From NCBI GenBank assembly GCA_965219415.1, contig CBDCNP010000002.1, positions 1,792,001 to 1,856,000 of the forward strand: 64,000 nucleotides of DNA, in the 5' to 3' direction. Below are positions 55,384 to 64,000 of this stretch, one piece after another. The DNA comes from Candidatus Marinacidobacterales bacterium. Its GTDB lineage: Bacteria; Acidobacteriota; Vicinamibacteria; Marinacidobacterales; DATDRI01. The stretch's first letter is position 1, and every line of letters begins with the position of its first letter. A program made the position numbers and the translations under genes. A model generated the notes under the pieces. It saw nothing but the letters and a program-made list of their open reading frames with translations, was not told where the DNA came from and did no database searches.

Positions 55384-56919
55384 ATGAAGTCGATCATCAT
55401 TGTGGGTTCCGGCGTGGCCGGCGCGTCGTTGGCAAGACAGCTGCTCGAAACAGGAAACGACTATCAGATTACGATGTTTGAGGCTGGGCCTGATTTTGTG
55501 ACGGGCGACTACCGAGTATGGCTCGACTTCCTGATGGCCGGTAAGCGTCCGTATTTGCCGTTTGTCGATGACCCGCGAGCCGAACATGAGCGCTTCGGAC
55601 TTCGCGGTTCGAGGCTGTTCATGAAGGGTGGCACCACCAATCATTGGGGCGGCGAAACCCCCCGCTTCAAGCCCGAAGACTTTGAATTGAAATCCCGCAC
55701 GGGGATCGGAGCTGACTGGCCGATCGACTATGACGCCCTATCCCCGTACTATGCGCGAGCAGAGTTTCTCCTGGGAATCGAAGGAGATTCTGGCAACGAC
55801 GACCCACCGCGGCATGGCCTCAAATATCCGTTCCCTCCAACGCCGTACACCCTAAACAACATGACCTTAATTAAAACACTTGAGAGTCTCGGTATGTCCT
55901 ACTCCCACATGCCGCTGGCGAGGAACGGCGACAAGTGCATAACAACGGGAACCTGTGATTATTGTCCGGTTAACGCCCGCTATACCGCTACTTTCGATCT
56001 TATGATGCTGCAGAACGAGTATGGCAGCAAGCTGGACCTCCGGACGGAAGCACCGGTACTGAAGATATGGATGGATGGAAAGAAACGCACCCGAGGGGTA
56101 CGTTTCTTGAATCGCGAGACAGGCGATCTCGAACTGATGGAATGCGACGCTGTGGTCGTCTGCAGCGGCATCGTCGAGTCCACCAAACTCCTGCTCGCGT
56201 CTGCCAGCACGGATTGGCCAGACGGCATCGGCAACGATTCAGGACATCTTGGCAGACATTTGGTGGGCCATCCGGTTTTCTCTGTTAGCGGCGTTCGGCT
56301 AGGTAATCCCGACCGGTTCCATCAAGAGCTTATCGGCATGGTTTCGCTGGTAAGCCGGCATTTTGATACACCGGACTACCAGCGGGAAGGCAAAATGCTG
56401 TTTACCATGAGTGACGGTAGCACCACCCCCCTGGAACGACACATTCTTTCAAACGTGTCACGGGCCGATATTGATGCGCAAATGACCTCGGAGATGCCGC
56501 TCTCACTAGGGGGCGCTATGGAACAGTTTGAAAGCCCCGAAAACCGGGTGAGCCTGGGCACTGGCACGACGAGGCACGGTCTGGCGACAACAGAAATAGA
56601 GTTCGGTGTCAATGAAATCACCCAAGAGTCCCACCGGGCGCATACGCAGACTCTGGCTGGGGTTCTGAAAGCGGCTGGCTGTAAAGAGGACAGCATTCGA
56701 ATCCGTCTCGGAAATCCGGATGGCGCCCACGCCACCTCGACCTGTCGCATGAGCGGCTCCGACTCCGATGGCGTCGTTGATCGCAACTTGCAGGTTCACG
56801 GCACGGACAGTCTCTACGTGTGCTCCAACGCCGTTTTTCCCAACGTGGCTGCAGCGAATCCCACCCTAACGGTGGCAGCGTTCGCTGTGCGGCTAGCCGA
56901 ACATATTGACGCGGCATGA
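55384..56919 (+). CDS. GMC-family oxidoreductase
   Basis: GSGVAG FAD motif, GGTTNHWGG, CxxxGxCxxCP, H...TCRM, VVD.NLQVHG and NPTLT. Confidence 0.9.
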   Translation: MKSIIIVGSGVAGASLARQLLETGNDYQITMFEAGPDFVTGDYRVWLDFLMAGKRPYLPFVDDPRAEHERFGLRGSRLFMKGGTTNHWGGETPRFKPEDFELKSRTGIGADWPIDYDALSPYYARAEFLLGIEGDSGNDDPPRHGLKYPFPPTPYTLNNMTLIKTLESLGMSYSHMPLARNGDKCITTGTCDYCPVNARYTATFDLMMLQNEYGSKLDLRTEAPVLKIWMDGKKRTRGVRFLNRETGDLELMECDAVVVCSGIVESTKLLLASASTDWPDGIGNDSGHLGRHLVGHPVFSVSGVRLGNPDRFHQELIGMVSLVSRHFDTPDYQREGKMLFTMSDGSTTPLERHILSNVSRADIDAQMTSEMPLSLGGAMEQFESPENRVSLGTGTTRHGLATTEIEFGVNEITQESHRAHTQTLAGVLKAAGCKEDSIRIRLGNPDGAHATSTCRMSGSDSDGVVDRNLQVHGTDSLYVCSNAVFPNVAAANPTLTVAAFAVRLAEHIDAA

Positions 56920-56956
56920 CTCGTTGCCCCATGGTTGGCGAGAGGGAGGATCATTC

Positions 56957-57529
56957 ATGCCACTGACACGGGACAAAGCTTGGCAACACCTTTGTGAATG
57001 GACCCAGACGGATTCGCTCCGCAAGCACGCACGGGCGGTGGAAATTGTCATGCGGCAAGCCGCACACCGCTACGGGCCGGGTGTGGATGGGGAAGAGAAA
57101 TGGGGGATCGCCGGCATGTTGCACGATGGGGACTACGAGCAGTGGCCCGAAGATCATCCCAACCGCATCGTCGCCTGGCTCCGTGAGCGCGGTGAAGAGG
57201 AGCTCGCCTACGCCATCTCCGCTCACTATACGAAGTGGAACGTTCCCTACAAGAGTCAGCTCGATCGCAGTCTCCTCGCCTGCGACGAGCTCACCGGCTT
57301 CATCGTTGCAAGCTGCCTCGTCCGCCCGGATGGCGTCCACACGATCGCCCCGAAAAGCGTCCGGAAGAAACTCAAGGACAAGGCGTTCGCTGCCAAGGTC
57401 GAGCGCGCGGAGGTTCACGCTGGTGTCGAGTTGCTCGGCGTGGATCTGTCCGAGCATATTCAGTTCATCATCGATGCTCTGAAGCCGCACGCCGAGGAAC
57501 TCGGAATCGGCGGAAGGGGTGCCGCCTAG
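56957..57529 (+). CDS. HD-domain (HDIG) protein
   Basis: LRKHARAVE, GMLHDGDYE, ACDELTGF and KK.KDKAFAA.V.R; GGAGG RBS. Confidence 0.9.
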   Translation: MPLTRDKAWQHLCEWTQTDSLRKHARAVEIVMRQAAHRYGPGVDGEEKWGIAGMLHDGDYEQWPEDHPNRIVAWLRERGEEELAYAISAHYTKWNVPYKSQLDRSLLACDELTGFIVASCLVRPDGVHTIAPKSVRKKLKDKAFAAKVERAEVHAGVELLGVDLSEHIQFIIDALKPHAEELGIGGRGAA

Positions 57530-57598
57530 CAACTAGCCGGCGCTAGTTCTTTCGCCTTCGCTCTAGCAATTGCCCGAGCCATGCGGCGGCCAGAATCT

Positions 57599-58193
57599 GC
57601 CTTGGTGCACAACTCCGATAGAGGCCGAGAGCTCGCTTGGCCCCGACTCCCATCATCCGATCATCTCGCTATCAGGCATCCCGAGCGCCGTCATGGTGTT
57701 GAGAATCTTGCATCCGATCCTTGCCTCACCTCTCTGTGCCGCCAACCCTCTCGCTCGCATCGCTGAGCCCACGATAGCCTTGTAGCGATGGAACGTTGTC
57801 TCGACTTTGCTCCGTTTGCTGTAGCCCGATTCTGTGTGCCACTTTCGTTTGCCGAGCCGAGCTTGTGCTGCAATGTTGCGATTGCGCTGTCGGCTGCTCG
57901 CCGGCCCCGATGCGAGCAGGGCGCCCTTGCGCGGCGGTATCAGCACCCTCGGCGAGCGATGAGCGCTGTGATTCTCGATTGCCTCATAGACGCCGCCGGC
58001 GTCGTATGCGGTGTCAGCTCTGGCCGATGAGATGGGACTGTCGATCTGTCCGACAAGCGATGCAACCCGCGATGAATCGCGGGCTCTTTTGCTCGTCAGC
58101 TCGCCGGCGACGACTTCGCCACTCTGCTCGTCGACACACAGATGGAGCTTGCGATAGTCCCTGCTCTTTTGTGCTCTGCGCAGCTGGCCGGCG
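57599..58193 (-). mobile_element. IS5-family (IS903-like) 3' fragment cut by MITE C
   Basis: RKLHL.VD, AD.AYD and GY.KRSKVET..RYK...LNTMT.LGMP; end GAGTTGTGCACCAAGGC. Confidence 0.85.
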
Positions 58194-58359
58194 GGTGCTT
58201 GCGCCATTTACTGTTGGTGATGTGTGCGCATCCCTTTGCAAAAGAGGCGCTTACGCTCCATTTAGCGCGCAGCGAAGGTCACGAGCGCTATTTTGACTGT
58301 AATTTAATGCACTATAAAGTCTTAGCGTCATCTCAGCAACACTTGATGGCGGAAGCACC
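58194..58359 (-). repeat. MITE family C copy
   Basis: Reverse complement of 44902-45067. Confidence 0.9.
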
Positions 58360-58730
58360 CTATCACACGGAACGGAATCACTAAGGTCTCGGCAACGAGC
58401 TCCTCACACCTCTGCCGGGCAAGCGCGAATGACGCTGGCCCCATCGTGTCGCGAGAGCGACTTTGGGGCATTCTCAACTACTACTGCCGTGCCGCGTAGA
58501 TGGTTTTGCTGGCGACGGTAGCTCCTCGGTGCGCTCGACCGGCGTAGCGTGGAAACCGCTTCAGGAACACGCTTCGATATTCGCTCTCGACTAGGTGGTA
58601 ATCTGCATGGTGACGACCCACCCGCCCAAGACGATTGTAAAGCCCACGGCCCTTGGCCCGGTCGTAAACATAGACACCAAGTTGCTGATTTATGGCCTAT
58701 TTCAAAAGGGCCGAGTTTTGGCACAGGACG
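58360..58730 (+). mobile_element. Degraded rve-integrase 3' end plus right end
   Basis: Matches ~29782-30149 with indels. Confidence 0.85.
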
Positions 58731-58969
58731 AGGTGGAGGACCGCGATATGCGTCTCCATCGCGCGCAATCGAGGGGACGGCGGTTCGGGGTCCACTTTGT
58801 TGGAATGACCCTCGTTCGCGCGTGGCCCGAAGCCCGAAAAGAGTGAGGTCGAATCGGCGACGGGACGAAAGTGTAGCCCTGGGGGCTGTTCTGGAGGGAC
58901 TCCAAGCAGGCCGGTGCGCCGGTCTTGAGTGCGTTTGTGTTTTTGGACACGAGACGGGAGCCCTCCCCC

Positions 58970-61855
58970 TTACATGCCTCCCCACCGGTAGTTGAGGCGC
59001 GTGTAGAAGTAGGCGCCATTGAAGCCAAACGGTGAGAACTGGCCGTATTGATTGCCGACCGTATCGGCGCCGAACATGTTCACGTCGGGGTACGTGTTCA
59101 GCACGTTTTCACCGCCGACCGCCAGGGTGACGGCATCTCCGAGCGGAATGCCGAGTTCGAGGTCGAGCAATGCCTTGCCGGAATAGGCCGGGTACAGCGA
59201 AGGCGCCGCCGGTCCGCCAGCGATATCGACGGCATTCCGTCCATCCTCGCTGTCCCAGAACTGGCCGAAGTAGTTCAGCCTGCCCATCAGGCTCCAGCGG
59301 TCGGCGCGGTGGATGATGCTGGCGTTCCATCGGGTATTCGGTAATCCCCGTTCTAGCGTGTTGATGCGGAATTCATCGATCACGGCGCTCTCGATATTAT
59401 TGACCGCTGTGTCCGTGTAGTTGAAGACCGCGCTCACCGTCGTGCGCCCGACCGCCAGGCTCGAAATCAAGTCTAGACCCTGGGTCGTCGTCGAGAAGTC
59501 GTTCAGGAAGAACCGGAACACCGGGAAATTCCGCGCCTCGGGAATCCCTTCCTCGAGCAGCGTCAGGATCTCGGGCTCCGACAGCTCGATTTCCTGTGAC
59601 AGGGCGACACGATCGTCGATATTGATCCGGAAGTAGTCGGCGGTGAAAGTGAACGGGCCCTGCTCGACGACCACGCCCGCGCTAACGTTGAGTGATTTTT
59701 CAGGCTGGAGCTGCCCGCCGCCACGCGCGATGGCCACCGCAGAGGTAGCCGGGACGACGCCGTTGTTAGTCAACTGCCCGCCGATGAACGCGGTCGTCAC
59801 GTTGAACGCGTGCTGCTGCCCGGGGGTCGGCGCCCGGAACCCGCTGCTCACCGCGCCGCGCAGCGAGAAAGCTTCAGTCAGTTCGACACGCGCCGCGAGC
59901 TTACCGTTCGTCGTCGTGCCGAAGTCCTCGAAGTTCTCGAACCGGACAGCCGTGCCGACTGTCCACTGGCCGCCCGGGTCGTTGAACTCGACGTCCCCGT
60001 AAACTGCCACGTTGCTGCGGCTCCAGCTGCCCGCCGTCGTGTCAGCCCGGTAGCCGTTGAAGCCGTTCGACCCGGAGCTAAAGCCCTGGGCGGCATACGG
60101 GCCGATCTCCCACGACGGCTGCCCGCCCGCGCCGATCGTGAACTGCTCGTCGCGCCACTCCGTGCCGCCCGCGACGTTCACCATGTCGCTGACCGGGTAC
60201 GAGACGTCGAAGTTGACGTTGACGTCGTGCTGCTGGTAGCTGCCGGGCTTGAACGACGTTGGCGTTTCGTAGCCGAGCGACGCGTTGACCGTATCAAAGA
60301 TGAACTGATCGACTTTGCTGGTGCCGATGTTGATGCTCGCGTCCCAATTGAGGCCGGTGCTTGAGAGCCGGCGCAGGCCGGCGACCGCCGAATGGTCGAT
60401 GAGGTCCCCGCCGAACTGCGGCGTGAACCCGCCGGGGAACCGGCTGTAGAGCGTGAAGCAGTTCGGGTCGGCCTCGACCTGCTGGAGGGCCGCCGCATCG
60501 GGGACGTTGCCGATGATCGGGACCGCGGGGCACCCGCCGGCACCCTTGACGCCGGTCTCGGCCCAGACCCGGTCGCCGACGAGCAGGGTCGGGAGGCCAT
60601 CGACCACCGGGCCGCGGAAGACCCCGCCGCGGGTATGCGGATTCCGAAAGTAGAAGCCGCCAGTCACCGTGCGGCTCGCGTAGTTGGTGTGGCCGTAGAG
60701 TTGCAATTGGTTCGCAAACAAATGGCCGAAGTTGCCGAACAGCTTCAGGTCGTCCTCAAGTCTCGGCGATCCCCAGACCTGGGCCGGGTTGCGAAGGTTC
60801 GTATTGCCGGCCGCGATGATGCTCTGCGCATCCGTGCGCTGAATGCTGCGGTTGGTCGGCCCGGCGTTGCCGTACTCCAGGCTGAGGTTCACGAACCCAG
60901 TCGTGCCGAGCGGCAGTCCGGCATTCCCGGCGACCGTGAACGCCTGCCCCCGGCCGCCGATCCCGTTGCAGGAATGCTTGATGTCGCCGATGATGCCATC
61001 CCCGCAGGTGGACAGGCTACCCGGGTTCGCATCGCGGTAAGCGCCTGTGCGGAACTCCAGGCTGCCGCCCGAACGGGCATCCTTGAGCTGGAAGTTCATG
61101 ACGCCGGCGATGGCATCCGAGCCATATTGCGCCGCCGCGCCGTCGCGCAGCACCTCGGCCTGCCGAATCGCAATCGAGGGGATGACGGAGAGATCCGGTC
61201 CCTGCGAGCCGTCCGCAATGCCGTTGCCGAGCCAGGTGATGACCGCCGCGCGGTGGCGGCGCTTGCCGTTGACCAGGATCAGCGTGTGATCGGGCGCCAA
61301 ATTGCGCAGGTTCACTGGCCGGACGATGGTCGCCGCGTCACTAATCGGTTGAATGCTAACGTTGAACGAGGGGATGACGGTCCGCAACTGCTCAGCTAGA
61401 TCCGTACTGCCCTGGCTGACGAAATCCTCGCTTCGGATGACGTCGACCGGCACGGTCGAGTCGGTCACCGAACGAGGCCGAGCACGGGTTCCGACAACGA
61501 CCACCAGCTCTTCGAACCCCCCGACCGTCATCTCCACGTGGATGGAGGCCGTGGCGTCGGCGCTCACCTCCACCACCTGCGCGGGCGCGGTGAAGCCAGA
61601 AAGGGTGAACGTCACGTCGTACGTCCCCGGGGCGAGTCCGCTGAACGTGAACTGACCGGTCCCGTCGGTAACCGTCACCTGCCCGCTGCCCGCCGCGCCC
61701 CGCGCTTCCACGGTGACGCCGGGGAGAATGCCACCCGTGGCGTCGGTAACCGTCCCGGACATCGTCGCGTCCTGGGCGTTGGCGTCGCCAGGTGCGTACA
61801 CGACGGCCGCGAAAACCAGTGAAAGGAAAGCCTGTCTTTGATTGTGAAGTGTCAA
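58970..61855 (-). CDS. TonB-dependent receptor with N-terminal carboxypeptidase-regulatory-like domain
   Basis: GTVTDATGGILPGVTV, VVVVGTR, LVNGKRRH, EVLRDGAAAQYGSDAIAGV and SPFGFNGAYFYTRL. Confidence 0.93.
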   Translation of the reverse strand: MTLHNQRQAFLSLVFAAVVYAPGDANAQDATMSGTVTDATGGILPGVTVEARGAAGSGQVTVTDGTGQFTFSGLAPGTYDVTFTLSGFTAPAQVVEVSADATASIHVEMTVGGFEELVVVVGTRARPRSVTDSTVPVDVIRSEDFVSQGSTDLAEQLRTVIPSFNVSIQPISDAATIVRPVNLRNLAPDHTLILVNGKRRHRAAVITWLGNGIADGSQGPDLSVIPSIAIRQAEVLRDGAAAQYGSDAIAGVMNFQLKDARSGGSLEFRTGAYRDANPGSLSTCGDGIIGDIKHSCNGIGGRGQAFTVAGNAGLPLGTTGFVNLSLEYGNAGPTNRSIQRTDAQSIIAAGNTNLRNPAQVWGSPRLEDDLKLFGNFGHLFANQLQLYGHTNYASRTVTGGFYFRNPHTRGGVFRGPVVDGLPTLLVGDRVWAETGVKGAGGCPAVPIIGNVPDAAALQQVEADPNCFTLYSRFPGGFTPQFGGDLIDHSAVAGLRRLSSTGLNWDASINIGTSKVDQFIFDTVNASLGYETPTSFKPGSYQQHDVNVNFDVSYPVSDMVNVAGGTEWRDEQFTIGAGGQPSWEIGPYAAQGFSSGSNGFNGYRADTTAGSWSRSNVAVYGDVEFNDPGGQWTVGTAVRFENFEDFGTTTNGKLAARVELTEAFSLRGAVSSGFRAPTPGQQHAFNVTTAFIGGQLTNNGVVPATSAVAIARGGGQLQPEKSLNVSAGVVVEQGPFTFTADYFRINIDDRVALSQEIELSEPEILTLLEEGIPEARNFPVFRFFLNDFSTTTQGLDLISSLAVGRTTVSAVFNYTDTAVNNIESAVIDEFRINTLERGLPNTRWNASIIHRADRWSLMGRLNYFGQFWDSEDGRNAVDIAGGPAAPSLYPAYSGKALLDLELGIPLGDAVTLAVGGENVLNTYPDVNMFGADTVGNQYGQFSPFGFNGAYFYTRLNYRWGGM

Positions 61856-62157
61856 TGCTTATCCCTCCATTATTTATCCTTCCATTTACCGCTTCGCATC
61901 GCTAGAAAAGCCGACGGCCTGTTTCGTCTACAGCTGGGGTATTGTCAAGTTTTAGAAAAACTCCACGGATCAACTTCCAAGATGATGGGCTCGCATTCTG
62001 TCGTAAACCCGGCATATTTGGGTCGGTCAGCCCGATTCTGCTTAACTTGATTGGAAGCGCCAACCCAGTAACCCGAAAACACCGTTTGGGGCCGCCCACC
62101 ACCATCCGGGGGAGCGTATCACTTCCACAAGTTATTTTAAATGATACTCTTTTTCTA

Positions 62158-62324
62158 GGTGCTTCCGCCATTAAGTGTTGGTGAGATGATGCTAAGACGT
62201 TACGCTGCATTTAATTACCAGTCAAAATAGCGCTCGTGACCTTCGCCGCGCATTAAATGGAGCGTAAACGCCTCTTTTGCAACGGGATGCGTGCACATCA
62301 CCAACAGTAAACAGCGCAAGCACC
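62158..62324 (+). repeat. MITE family C copy
   Basis: GGTGCTT...AAGCACC. Confidence 0.9.
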
Positions 62325-62386
62325 CCGAACGGCGGGTAGTGGGGTCTTTGCGTTTAGGCATGGTCAGGATACTGCCAGACGGAGAG

Positions 62387-62482
62387 GGCGCGAAATACCC
62401 TGGATTTTGCGCGGATTCCAAGGGCGTCTAAGCTGCTGATTTTGTGGGCTATTTCAAAAGGGCCGAGTTTTGGCACAGGACG
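62387..62482 (+). repeat. Partial MITE A (3' part)
   Basis: GGCGCGAAATACCCTGGATT...GGCACAGGACG. Confidence 0.85.
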
Positions 62483-62623
62483 GGATACACGGCAGGCGCC
62501 AACATTTGACTGCGGAAGCACCCGAGTTCCATTCTTCGCCGCTGTACGCTACTAGGTGGAGGACCGCGATATGCGTCTCCATCGCGCGCAATCGACCGAG
62601 AGAACGACGGCATAGCCTGTGAG

Positions 62624-62789
62624 GGTGCTTGCGCTGTTTGCTGTTGGTAATGTGTACGTATCCCTTTGCAAAAAAAGCGCTTACGCTCCATTTAGCGCAC
62701 GGCGAAGGTCGTGAGCGCTATTTTGGCTGTAATTTAATGCAGCGTAAAGTCTTAGCGTCATCTCACCAACACTTAATAGCGGAAGCACC
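62624..62789 (-). repeat. MITE family C copy
   Basis: Inverted relative to 62158-62324. Confidence 0.9.
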
Positions 62790-63426
62790 GGTAGAGTCAC
62801 CGGCGATGGGCAAAGTGAGAGCCATTCCAAAGGTCGGTGGTCTCCATCATCATTACACTCGACGCGCTGCTTGAGCCGACCCGCTCGGAACGGCTGCCGG
62901 ACTTCGCACCAGCTTACACCTCTACCCCTGAGTAGAGCCGACGCCGGCTCTTAAAACGTCCTACATGAAGACGACCAAAGCATTCCGGTTGCAGGAAGTT
63001 CGCCAATCTCATACAGCTCGAGTTTATGGAAGGGACAGGTAACCGAATACGTAGTGCACTATCACACAGAACGGAACCATCAAGGTCTCGGCAACGAGCT
63101 CATCACACCTCTGCCGGCAAGCGCGAATGACGCTGGCCCCATCGTGTCGCGAGAGCGACTTGGGGGCATTCTCAACTACTACTGCCGTGCCACGTAGATG
63201 GTCGCCGGCGACGGTAGCCCCTCGGCGGGCTCGACCGGCGTAGCGTGGAAACAGCTTCAGGAACACGCTTGGATATTCGCTCTCGACTAGGTGGTCATCT
63301 GCATGGTGACGACCCGCCCGCCCAAGACGATTGTGAAGCCCACGGCCCTTGGCCCGGTCGCAAACACAGACACTAAGTTTCTGATTTATGGCCTATTTCA
63401 AAAGGGCCGAGTTTTGGCACAGGACG
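62790..63426 (+). mobile_element. Two nested rve-integrase 3' ends (F-type 62790-63039; A-type 63040-63426)
   Basis: VRAIPKVGGLHHHYTRRAA* then end F, abutting a copy of 29762-30149. Confidence 0.8.
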
Positions 63427-63562
63427 GGATTGAGACATCTGCTATTCTTCACTTCGGCTCGGCCCTGACGATGAGAGAACTGTGTCTTCAGAATTCTGGT
63501 TCAAACTCTAGCACGGCGAACGGGTTACGCGGCGGCCACCAACACTTGATGGCGGAAGCACC
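63427..63562 (-). mobile_element. IS1-family left-end fragment
   Basis: Reverse complement closely matches 52044-52176. Confidence 0.8.
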
Positions 63563-63762
63563 GCCGGTCGTGATCGTCAATTCACTGTCCGGGAAACCGG
63601 GACCACTACAAGGGGAACTCGATCAGAGAAACGAAGATCGTCCGCTAGACCATAAAATATCAAGGTGGGGAAGTGCGAAACGGCAAGTTGCGCGATGGAA
63701 AGATCATTCACGCTGACACACTATGCTCCTCGCGTCCATGCACCAAAGCAGAGGAAACGTCC

Positions 63763-64000
63763 GTGCCCAAGCCGAAGAAACCCAAGCTGACCTCCAAAAA
63801 GACCGACAAACACATTCTCTATCAGGAGAGCGTCCAAACTCCAGAGGAGGACGCGAAGTTCTTCTCCAGATACTTCAAGAAGTACACCGGCTCAAGCCTC
63901 CGGATATTTCGCGAGGATTTCTGCGGGACCGCGATTCTCTCGTGCGAGTTCGTGAAGCAGAGTCGCAACAACTTCGCTCTGGGTGTGGATCTCGACGAGG
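63763..64000 (+). CDS. Class I SAM-dependent methyltransferase, 5' part (runs off window)
   Basis: MPKPKK...DKHILYQESVQ...REDFCGTA...GVDLD; GAGG RBS. Confidence 0.75.
   Translation, partial: MPKPKKPKLTSKKTDKHILYQESVQTPEEDAKFFSRYFKKYTGSSLRIFREDFCGTAILSCEFVKQSRNNFALGVDLDE

Overview
Bacterial chromosomal window, GC-rich. The ADOP-type permease, HU sequence and gene content suggest Acidobacteriota (inference). Bases 1-27.4 kb are a mostly intact backbone: ISL3 remnant, exported kinase-like protein, pruA, HU, BtuF-like binding protein, thioesterase, PD40-amidohydrolase, broken ADOP permease, PilZ-lytic transglycosylase fusion, cyclophilin, choice-of-anchor B protein, an ECF sigma / ZAS-MGMT / DksA-finger-PP2C operon, DUF4105, DUF255, membrane proteins, a probable selenoprotein, IS256-interrupted pqqD and degraded EPS genes. 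Bases 27.4-64 kb are a dense mosaic of IS3, IS256, IS21, IS1, IS5 and rve-integrase (IS481-like) elements plus at least four MITE families. These separate intact cargo (DUF3014, higBA, NSS transporter, oxyR-dps, aquaporin, DUF885, GMC oxidoreductase, HD protein, TonB receptor) from many gene fragments. Best candidates for undescribed biology: (1) an ECF sigma whose cognate zinc anti-sigma domain is fused to an O6-alkylguanine methyltransferase, coupled to a DksA-finger PP2C; (2) a small membrane protein with in-frame TGA and a SECIS-like hairpin; (3) a PilZ-TM-SLT fusion; (4) the MITE/integrase-end system that stitches the mosaic together. No rRNA, tRNA or CRISPR array was seen. Family assignments come from motif recognition only; no searches were run.
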